This document shows positions 49,371 through 63,357 of a stretch of 64,000 nucleotides of DNA, piece by piece. A program made the position numbers and the translations under genes. The notes under the pieces are model-generated. The model saw only the letters and a program-made list of their open reading frames with translations. It did not search any database and was not told the DNA's origin. Source of the stretch: Escherichia coli (GTDB lineage Bacteria > Pseudomonadota > Gammaproteobacteria > Enterobacterales > Enterobacteriaceae); the NCBI RefSeq assembly GCF_045037415.1, contig NZ_CP173438.1. One strand, given 5' to 3'. Numbering within the stretch: the stretch's first letter is position 1; each line of letters opens with the position of its first letter.

Positions 49371-50891
49371 TTAGTGGTAGCCCATCAACTGAGCGCCGAT
49401 CACCACGACGCTGGACATAATAAACAGCAGTCCAAGCAGGGTCGCACCCACCTTCAGCCAGTTACGGAAGTCCACCCGGCAAACACCGAGCGTCGCCATT
49501 AACGAAGCTGAGGTTGGGTAAATGATGTGGCTGAAGCCATCACCAAACTGGAACGCCAGCACGGTAACCTGACGGTTAACACCGACCAGATCGCCAAGCG
49601 GTGCCAGTAACGGCATGGTTAACGCCGCCTGACCAGAACCGGACGTCACGAAGAAATTAAATACCGCCTGGAAGAGCAACATAAACCAGGCCGCGACTGC
49701 GTTATCCAGACCGCTAATGGCATTGGCAATGCTGTTGAGGATGGTATTTAACACGCTGGCATCACCCGCTTCACCATTACCGACCAGCAGCAAAATCCCT
49801 TTGGCGAAACCCACCAGCAGGGCAGGGGCGATCATCATTCGCGCCCCTTCGGTAAAGGATGAAGCCATGGTATTAACCGTCATGCCGTTAAGGCGGAAAA
49901 CAACGCCGATGATGCCAATCACCAGACCCATGGTGAAGAACTGGCTGGCAATTTCAGGAATAAACCAGGCATTAACGATCACGCCCCAAATAACCCAGAC
50001 CATTACGGCGGTCAGGACAATCAATACCAGCCAGTCACCAAAGGTAAACGGACGTTGTTCAACATCAGCCTGCTTTTCACGAAAGAAGCGGTCGGACTCA
50101 TGCACGCGTGACAGAAGAGGATTCTTTTTCACTCGTGAGGCGTACACCATGGTAAAGATCAGGCCAATCAGAGTGGCGATAACCCACACCACGATGCGCA
50201 ACCCGGAGCCAGAAAGCACCGGAACGCCGGCAATACCCTGAGCAACAACCACACAAAACGGGTTCATCCACGAACTGGCAAAACCGATTTGCGTGGCAAT
50301 ATAGGTCACAAGGACGGTGGTAATACTGTCATAGCCCAGCCGGACCATTAGCGGTGCGATGATAATGGCAAAGGCGACGGCCTCTTCTCCCATACCAAAT
50401 ATTGCGCCGCCAAGTGAAAACAGAATAAACAGCGCAGGAATAAAGAGAATTTCATTTCCGCGGGTATGGCGAATAAGCGCCAGGATACCGTTATCAATGG
50501 TTCCTGTACGCATCACAATGCCAAACGCGCCGCCAATCACCAGCATAAACATGATGATGCCAACGGCTGTCCCGTATTTCGATCCTGAGGTTAACCCTTC
50601 AAACGGGAAGTTCATCAGACCCGGGCGTTCATCGCCCGTCGTGAACAGCTGTACGCGGTGATACTCAGGTTCGCCTGCTTCGTTAGTCAGAATGCGAAAT
50701 GAGTGTGGATCTACGACTTTGCGTGTTTTTGTTTGACCATCAACCTGATACTGCACTTCCTGACTGTCAAACATGCCCACCGGAACTACCCAGGTGGCAA
50801 GGCTGGTTAAAATGGCAACAAAAAAGATAATCACCAACGTATCGGGCATTGCCCATCTTCTTGTTGGTTTAGATTCAGTGATTGCGGACAT
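49371..50891 (-). CDS. yfcC: Inner membrane transporter YfcC (C4-dicarboxylate anaerobic carrier-like)
   Basis: 506-aa polytopic membrane protein from MSAITESKPTRRWAMPD. Confidence 0.85.
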   Translation of the reverse strand: MSAITESKPTRRWAMPDTLVIIFFVAILTSLATWVVPVGMFDSQEVQYQVDGQTKTRKVVDPHSFRILTNEAGEPEYHRVQLFTTGDERPGLMNFPFEGLTSGSKYGTAVGIIMFMLVIGGAFGIVMRTGTIDNGILALIRHTRGNEILFIPALFILFSLGGAIFGMGEEAVAFAIIIAPLMVRLGYDSITTVLVTYIATQIGFASSWMNPFCVVVAQGIAGVPVLSGSGLRIVVWVIATLIGLIFTMVYASRVKKNPLLSRVHESDRFFREKQADVEQRPFTFGDWLVLIVLTAVMVWVIWGVIVNAWFIPEIASQFFTMGLVIGIIGVVFRLNGMTVNTMASSFTEGARMMIAPALLVGFAKGILLLVGNGEAGDASVLNTILNSIANAISGLDNAVAAWFMLLFQAVFNFFVTSGSGQAALTMPLLAPLGDLVGVNRQVTVLAFQFGDGFSHIIYPTSASLMATLGVCRVDFRNWLKVGATLLGLLFIMSSVVVIGAQLMGYH

Positions 50892-51010
50892 AGCGCAAAT
50901 ATTCCCTTGCACAAAACAAAGTGGTAAGTATGCAAAGTGAGATGGCGCAATTCATTGATGCAGCGCAGTTAAGCAAGATAATCAGAAAGGATTAATGCAA
51001 ATTAAGAGAA

Positions 51011-51040
51011 TAAAAAACCGGAAATAGTGACTATTTCCGG
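51011..51040 (-). terminator. Rho-independent terminator after pta
   Basis: Minus strand reads ccggaaatag-tcac-tatttccgg followed by tttttta. Confidence 0.5.
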
Positions 51041-51080
51041 TTCAGATATCCGCAGCGCAAAGCTGCGGATGATGACGAGA

Positions 51081-53225
51081 TTACTGCTGCTGTGCAGACT
51101 GAATTGCAGTCAGCGCGATGGTGTAGACGATATCATCAACCAGTGCGCCACGGGACAGGTCGTTAACCGGCTTGCGCATGCCCTGCAGCATCGGTCCGAT
51201 AGAGATCAGGTCAGCAGAACGCTGTACCGCTTTGTAGGTGGTGTTACCGGTGTTCAGATCCGGGAAGATGAACACGGTAGCGCGACCTGCAACCGGAGAG
51301 TTCGGTGCTTTGGATTTCGCAACGTCAGCCATTACCGCAGCGTCGTACTGCAGCGGACCGTCGATCATCAGATCAGGACGTTTTTCCTGCGCCAGACGAG
51401 TTGCTTCGCGAACTTTTTCTACGTCGCTACCAGCACCAGAAGTACCGGTGGAGTAGGAGAGCATAGCAACGCGCGGTTCGATACCGAAGGCCGCAGCGGA
51501 ATCAGCGGACTGAATCGCGATTTCTGCCAGCTGTTCTGCGGTCGGATCCGGGTTGATCGCACAGTCACCGTAAACGTAAACCTGTTCCGGCAACAGCATG
51601 AAGAACACGGAAGATACCAGGGAGCTGCCCGGTGCAGTTTTGATCAGCTGCAGCGGCGGACGGATGGTGTTTGCGGTGGTGTGAACAGCACCGGAAACCA
51701 GACCATCAACTTCATCTTGTTCCAGCATCAGCGTACCGAGAACCACGTTGTCTTCCAGCTGTTCGCGGGCAACGGTTTCGGTCATGCCTTTGTTCTTACG
51801 CAGTTCGACCAGACGACCAACATAGTTTTCGCGAACCACTTCTGGATCAACGATTTCAATGCCTGCACCCAGTTCTACACCCTGAGAGGCTGCAACACGG
51901 TTGATCTCTGCCGGATTACCCAGCAGTACGCAAGTTGCGATACCACGTTCAGCACAGATAGCGGCTGCTTTAACGGTACGCGGTTCGTCACCTTCCGGCA
52001 GAACGATACGTTTGCCCGCTTTGCGCGCAAGTTCAGTCAGCTGATAACGGAACGCTGGCGGAGACAGACGACGGCTGCGCTCAGAAGTGGCAGTCAGAGA
52101 ATCGATCCAGTCAGCGTTGATGTAGTTAGCAACGTATTCCTGAACTTTCTCGATACGCTCGTGATCGTCAACCGGAACTTCCAGGTTGAAGCTCTGCAGG
52201 CTCAGAGAAGTCTGCCAGGTGTTGGTGTTCACCATAAATACCGGCAGGCCGGTAGCGAAAGCACGTTCGCACAGTTTAGAAATGCGCGCGTCCATTTCGT
52301 AGCCGCCAGTCAGCAGCAGGGCACCGATTTCTACGCCGTTCATGGCAGCCAGGCAAGCGGCAACCAGCACGTCAGGGCGGTCTGCGGAAGTCACCAGCAG
52401 AGAACCGGCACGGAAGTGCTCCAGCATGTGCGGAATGCTGCGTGCGCAGAAAGTGACGGATTTAACGCGGCGAGTATTGATGTCGCCTTCGTTGATGATG
52501 GTCGCATTCAGGTGGCGAGCCATATCGATCGCACGAGTCGCGATCAGGTCAAAGCTCCACGGCACAGCGCCGAGAACCGGCAGCGGGCTGGATTCTTGCA
52601 GCTTCGCCGGATCAACGTTGTTCACTTTTGCTTTGGTGGAGTCGTCAAAAATCTCGGACAGATCCGGACGGGTACGACCCTGCTCATCAACCGGAGCGTT
52701 CAGTTTGTTAACGATAACGCCGGTAATATTGGTGTTTTTTGCACCGCCGAAGCTGTTGCGAGTCAGTTCGATACGCTCTTTCAACTGTTCCGGAGTATCA
52801 GTGCCCTGAGACATAACGAAGACGATTTCTGCGTTCAGCGTTTTGGCGATTTCGTAGTTCAGAGACTGGGCAAACTGGTGCTTACGTGTCGGGACCAGAC
52901 CTTCCACCAGAACGACTTCAGCGTCTTTGGTGTTAGCGTGGTAGTTCGCGATGATCTCTTCCATCAGCACATCTTTCTGATTGCTGGAAAGCAGACCTTC
53001 AACGTAGCTCATTTTCAGCGGTTCAGCGGCCGTCGTGGTGGAAGAGTTCGCACGCACGATAGTCGTAGTCTGATCGGGCGCATCGCCACCGGTACGCGGC
53101 TGAGCGATAGGTTTGAAAACGCTCAGACGAACGCCTTTGCGTTCCATTGCACGGATCACGCCAAGGCTGACGCTGGTCAGACCGACGCTGGTTCCGGTAG
53201 GGATCAGCATAATAATACGGGACAC
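51081..53225 (-). CDS. pta: Phosphate acetyltransferase Pta
   Basis: 714 aa beginning [31 protein letters not shown]. Confidence 0.95.
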   Translation of the reverse strand: MSRIIMLIPTGTSVGLTSVSLGVIRAMERKGVRLSVFKPIAQPRTGGDAPDQTTTIVRANSSTTTAAEPLKMSYVEGLLSSNQKDVLMEEIIANYHANTKDAEVVLVEGLVPTRKHQFAQSLNYEIAKTLNAEIVFVMSQGTDTPEQLKERIELTRNSFGGAKNTNITGVIVNKLNAPVDEQGRTRPDLSEIFDDSTKAKVNNVDPAKLQESSPLPVLGAVPWSFDLIATRAIDMARHLNATIINEGDINTRRVKSVTFCARSIPHMLEHFRAGSLLVTSADRPDVLVAACLAAMNGVEIGALLLTGGYEMDARISKLCERAFATGLPVFMVNTNTWQTSLSLQSFNLEVPVDDHERIEKVQEYVANYINADWIDSLTATSERSRRLSPPAFRYQLTELARKAGKRIVLPEGDEPRTVKAAAICAERGIATCVLLGNPAEINRVAASQGVELGAGIEIVDPEVVRENYVGRLVELRKNKGMTETVAREQLEDNVVLGTLMLEQDEVDGLVSGAVHTTANTIRPPLQLIKTAPGSSLVSSVFFMLLPEQVYVYGDCAINPDPTAEQLAEIAIQSADSAAAFGIEPRVAMLSYSTGTSGAGSDVEKVREATRLAQEKRPDLMIDGPLQYDAAVMADVAKSKAPNSPVAGRATVFIFPDLNTGNTTYKAVQRSADLISIGPMLQGMRKPVNDLSRGALVDDIVYTIALTAIQSAQQQ

Positions 53226-53299
53226 GGTTTATCCTCTTTCGTTACCGCCGATTTGGCGGGTTACAAAACAGCACCGCCAGCTGAGCTGGCGGTGTGAAA

Positions 53300-54502
53300 T
53301 CAGGCAGTCAGGCGGCTCGCGTCTTGCGCGATAACCAGTTCTTCGTTGGTTGGGATAACCACCGCAGGACGGGTACCTTCTTTGTTGATGAAACCAGATT
53401 TGCCGAAACGTGCAGCCAGGTTGCGTTCATGATCAACTTCAAAGCCCAGCACGCCCAGTTTGCCCAGAGACAGTTCACGAACCATCGCGGCATTTTCACC
53501 GATACCACCGGTGAATACAACAGCGTCCAGACGACCATCCATCAGCGCAGTGTAGGCACCGATGTATTTGGCCAGGCGGTGGCAGTAAACGTCCATTGCG
53601 CGCTTCGCGTCTTCTTTCGTCGCGTAGTTGTCTTCAACATAGCGGCAGTCGCTGGTCACTTCGGTCAGACCCAGCAGGCCAGACTCTTTGGTCAGCAGTT
53701 TGTTGATTGCGTCAACGCTCATGCCCAGGGTGTCGTGCAGGTGGAAGATGATCGCCGGATCGATATCACCAGAACGGGTACCCATGACCAGACCTTCCAG
53801 CGGGGTCAGGCCCATAGAGGTGTCAACGCATTTACCGTTGCGGATAGCAGAAACGGAACCACCGTTGCCCAGGTGGCAGGTGATGATGTTCAGTTCTTCT
53901 ACCGGTTTGTTCAGCATTTTTGCCGCTTCCTGGGTTACATAGAAGTGGCTGGTGCCGTGCGCGCCGTAACGACGGATGCCGTGCTCTTTGTACAGGTTGT
54001 ACGGCAGGGCGTAGAGATAAGACTCTTCCGGCATAGTCTGGTGGAATGCGGTGTCAAATACAGCAACGTTTTTGTCTTTCAGCTGTGGGAAAGATTTCAG
54101 AGCTTCTTCGATACCGATCAGGTGAGCCGGGTTGTGCAGCGGTGCAAAAGAAGCTGCATCTTTGATACCCTGAATAACAGACTCATCAATCACTACGGAG
54201 CTGGTATACTTTTCGCCGCCGTGTACGATACGGTGACCGATAGCAGTCAGCTGCGCAGACAGTTCTGGTTTTTGTGCCAGAATAGTATTAACGATAAAGT
54301 TGAGCGCTTCGCTGTGAGCGGCGCCTGCACCTAAAGCCGCTTCCTGTTTATTGCCGTCCATTTTCCATTTGATACGTGCTTCGGGCAGGTGGAAACATTC
54401 GGCTAAACCAGAAAGGTACTCTTCACCATTTACTGCATCGATGATGGCAAATTTCAGTGAAGAACTACCGCAGTTCAGAACCAGTACTAACTTACTCGAC
54501 AT
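53300..54502 (-). CDS. ackA: Acetate kinase AckA
   Basis: 400 aa beginning [20 protein letters not shown]. Confidence 0.95.
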   Translation of the reverse strand: MSSKLVLVLNCGSSSLKFAIIDAVNGEEYLSGLAECFHLPEARIKWKMDGNKQEAALGAGAAHSEALNFIVNTILAQKPELSAQLTAIGHRIVHGGEKYTSSVVIDESVIQGIKDAASFAPLHNPAHLIGIEEALKSFPQLKDKNVAVFDTAFHQTMPEESYLYALPYNLYKEHGIRRYGAHGTSHFYVTQEAAKMLNKPVEELNIITCHLGNGGSVSAIRNGKCVDTSMGLTPLEGLVMGTRSGDIDPAIIFHLHDTLGMSVDAINKLLTKESGLLGLTEVTSDCRYVEDNYATKEDAKRAMDVYCHRLAKYIGAYTALMDGRLDAVVFTGGIGENAAMVRELSLGKLGVLGFEVDHERNLAARFGKSGFINKEGTRPAVVIPTNEELVIAQDASRLTA

Positions 54503-54839
54503 GGAAGTACCTATAATTGATACGTGGCTAAAAAAACGTCAGGGAGCCATAGAGCGTAGCGCATGATGACACCGACATTTATGATTAACATCATGCACTG
54601 CAAATTTTTTTTGCATGATGGAAGAAATATCTTGAGTCTATGCCATTTTGCGTAATTTTCAGCCAATGGCATAATGTATATGAATTTGACGACTCAATGA
54701 ATATGTACTACTTAGGCCTTCAGGCTGCTAAAGGATACCTGATAGTGGGTATGGAAGACAAAATGTTTTGAACGTTGTCCCGCTGAGTTGTGAATTTGCA
54801 CAAATTTTTGAATCTTTATATGTGAAGTTGAGGTGAAGC

Positions 54840-55295
54840 ATGTCAACGCCGGATAATCGTTCTGTTAATTTTTTTAGCTTGTTTCGCCGGGGACAGCATT
54901 ACTCAAAGACGTGGCCGCTGGAAAAACGCCTTGCCCCAGTCTTTGTCGAAAATCGCGTTATCAAGATGACGCGTTATGCGATCCGTTTTATGCCGCCGAT
55001 CGCCGTATTTACTCTCTGCTGGCAGATTGCCCTGGGCGGTCAGCTTGGGCCGGCAGTTGCCACTGCGCTGTTCGCCTTAAGTTTACCCATGCAGGGATTG
55101 TGGTGGCTGGGCAAGCGTTCTGTAACGCCATTACCTCCTGCAATCCTCAACTGGTTTTATGAAGTTCGCGGTAAATTGCAGGAGTCTGGACAGGTGTTGG
55201 CACCCGTTGAAGGCAAGCCTGATTACCAGGCATTAGCTGACACGCTTAAGCGTGCCTTCAAACAACTGGATAAAACTTTCCTTGATGATTTGTAA
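54840..55295 (+). CDS. yfbV: Inner membrane protein YfbV (UPF0208)
   Basis: 151 aa with two TM segments; divergent from ackA. Confidence 0.8.
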
Positions 55296-55299
55296 TTGA

Positions 55300-55872
<573 letters not shown>

Positions 55873-55882
55873 GGAGGCCCGC

Positions 55883-56533
55883 GTGCGGTGCAAAGGTTTT
55901 CTGTTTGATCTTGATGGAACGCTGGTGGATTCCCTGCCTGCGGTAGAACGGGCGTGGAGCAACTGGGCCAGACGTCATGGGTTATCGCCGGAAGAGGTGC
56001 TGGCTTTCATTCACGGTAAACAGGCGATCACCTCTCTGCGCCATTTTATGGCGGGCAAATCCGAGGCAGACATTGCCGCCGAGTTTACGCGTCTGGAACA
56101 CATCGAGGCCACGGAAACCGAAGGTATTACCGCGCTTCCGGGGGCAATCGCCTTACTCAATCATTTGAATAAAGCAGGTATTCCGTGGGCTATTGTGACT
56201 TCTGGCTCCATGCCGGTAGCGCGAGCGCGTCATAAAATAGCGGGGCTTCCCGCGCCAGAGGTGTTTGTAACCGCTGAGCGGGTGAAGCGCGGAAAACCAG
56301 AACCTGATGCGTATCTGTTAGGCGCGCAGCTGCTGGGGCTTGCGCCGCAGGAGTGTGTTGTGGTGGAAGATGCTCCCGCTGGCGTGCTTTCAGGTCTGGC
56401 GGCGGGTTGCCATGTTATTGCGGTTAATGCCCCGGCAGATACCCCGCGCCTGAATGAAGTCGATTTAGTCCTCCACAGTCTGGAGCAAATTACTGTGACC
56501 AAACAGCCAAATGGCGATGTTATTATTCAGTGA
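55883..56533 (+). CDS. hxpA: HAD-family hexitol/sugar phosphatase
   Basis: 216 aa from GTG; HAD motif I FLFDLDGTLVDS (formerly yfbT). Confidence 0.8.
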   Translation: MRCKGFLFDLDGTLVDSLPAVERAWSNWARRHGLSPEEVLAFIHGKQAITSLRHFMAGKSEADIAAEFTRLEHIEATETEGITALPGAIALLNHLNKAGIPWAIVTSGSMPVARARHKIAGLPAPEVFVTAERVKRGKPEPDAYLLGAQLLGLAPQECVVVEDAPAGVLSGLAAGCHVIAVNAPADTPRLNEVDLVLHSLEQITVTKQPNGDVIIQ

Positions 56534-56552
56534 AACACCTGATCATGATTTA

Positions 56553-56576
56553 GCCCCGTCTCGTCGGGGCTTTTTT
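56553..56576 (+). terminator. Terminator after hxpA
   Basis: gccccg-tctcgt-cggggc followed by tttttt. Confidence 0.5.
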
Positions 56577-56619
56577 ATGGCAGAATCAAGTTATCCCCCT
56601 CAATTAACAAGGATAAGTT

Positions 56620-58452
56620 GTGAACGGTGAATTGATTTGGGTTCTTTCATTACTGGCCGTTGCCATCGTCTTGTTTGCGACGGGCAGAGTGCGTATGGAT
56701 GCGGTCGCTTTGTTTGTTATTGTCGCGTTTGCATTAAGCGGAACGCTGACGGTCCCCGAAGTATTTTCCGGCTTTTCCGATCCTAACGTTGTCCTGATTG
56801 CCGCCTTGTTCATTATTGGCGATGGTTTGGTCCGTACCGGTGTTGCCACTGTAATGGGGACATGGCTGGTCAAAGTGGCGGGCAACAGTGAAATCAAAAT
56901 GTTGGTTTTGTTGATGCTGACCGTCGCGGGACTTGGCGCGTTTATGAGTTCAACCGGCGTTGTCGCTATCTTTATCCCCGTGGTGTTAAGCGTTGCCATG
57001 CGTATGCAAACGTCGCCGTCGCGTCTGATGATGCCGTTAAGTTTTGCCGGGCTGATAAGCGGCATGATGACGCTGGTGGCGACGCCGCCGAACCTGGTAG
57101 TCAACAGTGAATTACTGCGTGAAGGCTATCACGGCTTCAGTTTCTTTAGCGTAACACCTATTGGCCTGGTCGTGCTGGTGCTGGGTATTTTGTATATGTT
57201 AGTGATGCGTTTCATGCTGAAAGGGGATACCCAGACCCCACAACGCGAAGGCTGGACGCGCCGAACCTTTCGCGATCTTATCCGTGAATATCGACTGACC
57301 GGGCGTGCGCGACGTCTGGCTATTCGCCCCGGATCGCCAATGATTGGTCAACGACTGGACGATCTCAAATTACGTGAACGTTATGGTGCTAACGTCATCG
57401 GTGTTGAACGCTGGCGGCGTTTTCGTCGCGTTATCGTGAACGTTAATGGGGTTTCTGAATTTCGCGCGCGTGACGTTTTGCTTATTGATATGTCTGCGGC
57501 TGATGTCGATCTCCGGCAATTTTGTAGTGAGCAATTGCTGGAGCCGATGGTACTGCGCGGCGAGTATTTTTCTGACCAGGCCCTTGATGTGGGCATGGCA
57601 GAGATTTCATTAATTCCTGAGTCAGAACTTATTGGTAAATCGGTGCGCGAAATTGGTTTTCGTACCCGCTACGGATTGAATGTGGTGGGGCTAAAGCGCA
57701 ATGGTGTGGCGCTGGAAGGTTCGCTGGCGGATGAGCCTCTGCTGCTGGGCGATATCATTCTGGTTGTTGGTAACTGGAAACTGATCGGTATGCTGGCCAA
57801 ACAGGGCCGCGACTTCGTGGCGCTGAACTTACCGGAAGAGGTGAGTGAAGCATCGCCCGCGCACAGCCAGGCACCCCATGCCATTTTCTGTCTGGTGCTA
57901 ATGGTGGCGTTAATGCTGACCGATGAAATTCCTAATCCTGTTGCCGCTATCATCGCCTGCCTGCTGATGGGGAAATTCCGCTGTATCGATGCCGAAAGTG
58001 CCTATAAATCCATTCACTGGCCGAGCATTATTTTGATCGTTGGGATGATGCCGTTTGCTGTGGCATTACAGAAAACGGGAGGTGTCGCGCTGGCGGTGAA
58101 AGGGCTGATGGACATTGGCGGCGGTTATGGGCCACATATGATGCTGGGTTGTTTGTTTGTCTTGTCGGCGGTTATTGGGCTATTTATTTCTAATACTGCG
58201 ACGGCGGTGTTGATGGCTCCGATTGCGCTGGCTGCTGCCAAAACGATGGGGGTGTCGCCTTATCCATTTGCGATGGTCGTGGCGATGGCAGCATCCGCCG
58301 CCTTTATGACACCGATATCTTCACCTGTTAACACACTGGTTTTAGGTCCGGGGAATTACAGCTTCAGTGACTTTGTTAAGTTGGGGGTACCGTTCACCAT
58401 TATCGTGATGGCGGTTTGTGTGGTGATGATCCCGATGCTGTTTCCGTTTTGA
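56620..58452 (+). CDS. yfbS: SLC13/DASS-like anion transporter with TrkA-C domains
   Basis: 610-aa membrane protein from GTG start with central soluble duplicated domain. Confidence 0.85.
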   Translation: MNGELIWVLSLLAVAIVLFATGRVRMDAVALFVIVAFALSGTLTVPEVFSGFSDPNVVLIAALFIIGDGLVRTGVATVMGTWLVKVAGNSEIKMLVLLMLTVAGLGAFMSSTGVVAIFIPVVLSVAMRMQTSPSRLMMPLSFAGLISGMMTLVATPPNLVVNSELLREGYHGFSFFSVTPIGLVVLVLGILYMLVMRFMLKGDTQTPQREGWTRRTFRDLIREYRLTGRARRLAIRPGSPMIGQRLDDLKLRERYGANVIGVERWRRFRRVIVNVNGVSEFRARDVLLIDMSAADVDLRQFCSEQLLEPMVLRGEYFSDQALDVGMAEISLIPESELIGKSVREIGFRTRYGLNVVGLKRNGVALEGSLADEPLLLGDIILVVGNWKLIGMLAKQGRDFVALNLPEEVSEASPAHSQAPHAIFCLVLMVALMLTDEIPNPVAAIIACLLMGKFRCIDAESAYKSIHWPSIILIVGMMPFAVALQKTGGVALAVKGLMDIGGGYGPHMMLGCLFVLSAVIGLFISNTATAVLMAPIALAAAKTMGVSPYPFAMVVAMAASAAFMTPISSPVNTLVLGPGNYSFSDFVKLGVPFTIIVMAVCVVMIPMLFPF

Positions 58453-58457
58453 CAAGA

Positions 58458-58500
58458 GCCTGATGTCGCATCCGGCGCTTATTGCCTGATGCGACGCAGA
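58458..58500. repeat. REP element
   Basis: gcctgatgtcgcatccggcgcttattgcctgatgcgacgc. Confidence 0.4.
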
Positions 58501-58510
58501 CTCCAGCTGC

Positions 58511-59110
58511 TTACAGCGGTGAATCCTGGCTAATCTCATCGAGCGAAAGATGGAAGCTGGGAACAAATACTTCCATGAAGTAGTCCATCTCCTGGCTGCG
58601 ACGCGCTTCAAGCGTCGCTTCCAGTCGCGTTTTTGCCAGCAAGAATTCATTATTTCCGGCCGCGAGTTCTTCCAGACATTTCAGATATGCACACAGTGCA
58701 TCTGCCTGTTTCACCAGCGATTTTTCTTCATCGCTATATGCATGCTCGTCAATTAACGGCGCAAAGATATCCTGTAGCTCTTCCGGAACCATATCGACCA
58801 GTTTTTGCTGAGCGATTTTTTCAATAGCCTTGTATTCCTGAGCGATTTGCGAATTGAAGTATTTCACCGGAGTAGGGAGATCTCCGGTGAGCACTTCTGA
58901 AGCATCGTGGTACATCGCCAGTAAAGCGATACGTTCGGCGTTGACATTACCGCCAAATTTACGATTTTTGATAGCTGCCAGCGCATGGGCGACCATCGCT
59001 ACCTGCAAACTGTGTTCGGACACATTTTCCGTCCGCACGTTGCGCATTAGCGGCCAGCGGTTAATGAGTTTCAGGCGGGAGAGATGGGCAAAAAAATGGC
59101 TCTGTTTCAT
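58511..59110 (-). CDS. yfbR: 5'-deoxynucleotidase (HD domain)
   Basis: 199 aa; HD motif ([16 protein letters not shown] ... YHDASEV). Confidence 0.85.
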   Translation of the reverse strand: MKQSHFFAHLSRLKLINRWPLMRNVRTENVSEHSLQVAMVAHALAAIKNRKFGGNVNAERIALLAMYHDASEVLTGDLPTPVKYFNSQIAQEYKAIEKIAQQKLVDMVPEELQDIFAPLIDEHAYSDEEKSLVKQADALCAYLKCLEELAAGNNEFLLAKTRLEATLEARRSQEMDYFMEVFVPSFHLSLDEISQDSPL

Positions 59111-59193
59111 AGTGACCTTACGTATGATGACATCATCAGGTCATTGTGGCGGGATAACACTGCCGGATGCAATCTCCGGCAGTGAAATTAAGA

Positions 59194-60411
59194 TTACAGC
59201 TGATGATAACCAGAAAGGAAACGCGCGAACTTACTCAAAGACAGCTCGATATCATCGACACGCGGTAGCGTGACAATGCGGAAGTGATCCGGCCACGGCC
59301 AGTTGAATGCCGTCCCTTGCACCAACAGGACTTTTTCCTGCAACAGGAAATCCAGCACCATTTTCTGATCGTCGTGAATGTTAAAGCGTTTGGCGTCGAT
59401 TTTCGGGAACATATACAGCGCACCACGAGGTTTCACGCAGGAAACGCCCGGAATATCGTTGATCAATTCCCACGCGCGGTTACGCTGCTCATAAAGACGA
59501 CCGCCAGGGGTAATAAATTCACTGATGCTCTGATAACCACCCAGTGCGGTCTGAATGGCGTGTTGCGCAGGAACGTTAGCACACAGGCGCATTGAAGCCA
59601 GCATTTCCAGACCTTCGATGTAACCTTTAGCGTGTTTTTTCGGCCCGTTCAACACCATCCACCCCTGACGGAAGCCTGCAACGCGGTACGTTTTCGACAG
59701 TCCGTTAAAGGTAATGGTCAGCAGGTCAGGTGCAAGCGGCGCAATGGAGTGATGCTCAGCGTCGTCGTAGAGAATTTTGTCATAAATTTCATCGGCAAAG
59801 ATAATGAGATTATGCTGACGTGCAATCTCCACAATCTCCATTAAAAGCTCTTTGGAATATACCGCGCCGGTTGGGTTATTTGGGTTGATAATAACGATCC
59901 CACGCGTACGAGGCGTAATTTTAGCGCGAATATCATCGAGGTCCGGGAACCAGTCAGAGGATTCATCGCAAAGATAATGCACCGCTTTACCGCTGGAGAG
60001 TGAAACCGCCGCGGTCCATAGTGGGTAATCAGGTGCAGGAACCAACATTTCGTCCCCGCTGTTCAGCAATGCTTGCATTGCCTGAACGATAAGCTCCGAT
60101 ACACCATTGCCGATGTAAATATCTTCCACGGTAACATCACGCATGCCACGAGCCTGGTAGTGCTGCATGATGGCTTTACGCGCGGAGTAAAGACCTTTGG
60201 AATCGCAATACCCTTGAGCGGTAGGCAGGTTGCGTATCACGTCAACGAGAATTTCATCTGGCGCGTCAAAACCGAACGGGGCAGGGTTGCCGATGTTCAG
60301 TTTCAGAACCTTGTTACCTTCTTCTTCCAGGCGTTTTGCTTCTTTCAGCACCGGACCACGGATGTCATAACAGACATTCTCTAATTTGCTGGATTTTTCA
60401 ATGGGGGACAT
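59194..60411 (-). CDS. alaA: Glutamate-pyruvate aminotransferase AlaA
   Basis: 405 aa; PLP-dependent aminotransferase class I with SKTYRVAGFRQG lysine motif. Confidence 0.9.
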   Translation of the reverse strand: MSPIEKSSKLENVCYDIRGPVLKEAKRLEEEGNKVLKLNIGNPAPFGFDAPDEILVDVIRNLPTAQGYCDSKGLYSARKAIMQHYQARGMRDVTVEDIYIGNGVSELIVQAMQALLNSGDEMLVPAPDYPLWTAAVSLSSGKAVHYLCDESSDWFPDLDDIRAKITPRTRGIVIINPNNPTGAVYSKELLMEIVEIARQHNLIIFADEIYDKILYDDAEHHSIAPLAPDLLTITFNGLSKTYRVAGFRQGWMVLNGPKKHAKGYIEGLEMLASMRLCANVPAQHAIQTALGGYQSISEFITPGGRLYEQRNRAWELINDIPGVSCVKPRGALYMFPKIDAKRFNIHDDQKMVLDFLLQEKVLLVQGTAFNWPWPDHFRIVTLPRVDDIELSLSKFARFLSGYHQL

Positions 60412-61327
60412 GAATCTTGACCTTTTTTGCTGTTATCGCCACTCCCTGCCGTGGAAGTCAGCTTAGAACAATGTACTCCCCCAGGACGGTGTTTTGAAGG
60501 TCTGCAGAATAAGATTTTGCCAGAGGGGAAGGCTCGATTGTGCTGTTAATAACTTAATAATGGCAAAATAATGAGGTGCATATGCTTAATAAGTAATGTT
60601 ATGTAGTGAATTGTTCTGATTCTTAATTGTAAGTGTGGTTTTTTTATCTGTAAGATAATTGTGTGAAAATGCCTCGTTTAAGAATTCACTACTGAATCGC
60701 GATGATGATATTTCCGCATTACGGAGAGTTTAACAGCGTGATGATTTCCGAGGTGTCACAATGGGGGCAAGGTGTGAAACTATTGTTAAGCGGAATTAAT
60801 GAATGGGGATGAAGCTAATTAATTATTATTTAATATTCAAAAAGGTTTTGTTGTGCTTATTAATAATAGAAGATTACTTTGCCTAACATAACATAACTTT
60901 GCATCAGATAATTCGCAATGACCCTTATAAATAAAAGGTTTTTGGGGTAAAATGCTTGCATAAATGACGGATCCCTGCTCTTGATGCCGCCTCACCATTG
61001 CTGTTTGTACGTGTTCGCGTATGACCAGCGATGCTGTACGAGAGTGGAACAAGGACTCACATTTACATTTATACAAACACGCGCATGTCATAAATAGAAA
61101 AGAGTGAGTAACTTAATAGATATGCGATCCCTGAAGATATATTCTGTGATCTACTTCAGGCATTATAACGGAACAATGTGAGTCGCTTTTTTAGTGCAAC
61201 TCATATGCATTTTTACTTTCGTCCGGGTTCCGGATGAAACTGCCAGGGAGGCACATTACAAATGGAATTGCTTGTTTGTGTGTGCACAGCATTAACCAGC
61301 TCAGTATGAGCCGCCAGTAAGTGATAA

Positions 61328-62269
<942 letters not shown>

Positions 62270-62314
62270 TCGACGGACGATAGATAATTCCTGAGACAAT
62301 AGTGTAAAAACGAA

Positions 62315-62350
62315 CCGCTGGGTTTATTTTAAACCCCAGCGGCTTTTTTT
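62315..62350 (+). terminator. Rho-independent terminator after lrhA
   Basis: ccgctggggttta-tttt-aaaccccagcgg followed by cttttttttt. Confidence 0.55.
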
Positions 62351-62898
62351 TAGTAAAAAGCCTTCCTCGTATCGTGCAGAACGTATAAAACTGTTCATTT
62401 TTCAATCACCAGAGATTCACGCCCCGTACGCACAAATAATCACCTGAAAAAAATCTCCTGCTACAATAATGTTAAAAAATACGTGAATTTGTTGCTGCGT
62501 TTTTGTTATAGAATGACAAAAGCGTGTCACAGATCAAGAAAATACTCTCTTTTGGGGGGAGGAATCGACACAAATTCCTGTCAAAATAGACCCGTATTTT
62601 TTCCATTGCTTCACAACGGACACGATTCAACAACATCTAATTTTCCTGGAGTCGTCAATGATCTGGGGAGAAAGGGCGCCAAATGCAAATGTTGTTGTCA
62701 TTGTGTAAATCAGTGTGAAGAAACCTTTGTTAAAGTTGACAAAAGGTTATAGAAAGGAGTAAAAGACCACATCAATTAGCTGTATAAAATAGTTTCTGCA
62801 GTTATTGTAAGGTTTTTTTTATTCCTCCCCATGAATCGATGTGGCGTCCATCTGCCGTGAAGAGCAGTGAATCTGGCGCTACTTTTGATGAGTAAGCA

Positions 62899-63342
62899 AT
62901 GAGTATGTCAACATCCACTGAAGTCATCGCTCATCACTGGGCATTCGCTATCTTTCTTATCGTTGCCATTGGCCTGTGTTGCCTGATGCTGGTAGGCGGT
63001 TGGTTTTTAGGCGGTCGCGCACGCGCGAGGTCAAAAAACGTTCCGTTTGAATCCGGTATCGACTCGGTCGGCTCCGCCCGCTTACGCCTGTCCGCCAAGT
63101 TTTATCTGGTGGCCATGTTCTTCGTTATCTTCGACGTTGAAGCGCTGTATCTGTTCGCATGGTCAACCTCTATCCGCGAAAGCGGCTGGGTAGGCTTTGT
63201 GGAAGCTGCAATTTTTATTTTTGTGTTACTGGCAGGTCTGGTTTATCTGGTGCGTATTGGCGCGCTGGACTGGACGCCCGCGCGTTCACGCCGCGAGCGT
63301 ATGAACCCGGAAACGGACAGTATCGCTAATCGTCAACGCTAA
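62899..63342 (+). CDS. nuoA: NADH:quinone oxidoreductase subunit A
   Basis: 147 aa with three TM segments; long upstream leader. Confidence 0.95.
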   Translation: MSMSTSTEVIAHHWAFAIFLIVAIGLCCLMLVGGWFLGGRARARSKNVPFESGIDSVGSARLRLSAKFYLVAMFFVIFDVEALYLFAWSTSIRESGWVGFVEAAIFIFVLLAGLVYLVRIGALDWTPARSRRERMNPETDSIANRQR

Positions 63343-63357
63343 CCGCGAGGCATTAAG

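Noticed and set aside
51027-53297. 756-aa ORF on the + strand
   Set aside because: Lies entirely antisense to the recognised pta gene; Arg/Cys/Val-rich composition is typical of a shadow frame.
53294-54334. 346-aa ORF on the + strand
   Set aside because: Antisense to ackA; shadow ORF.
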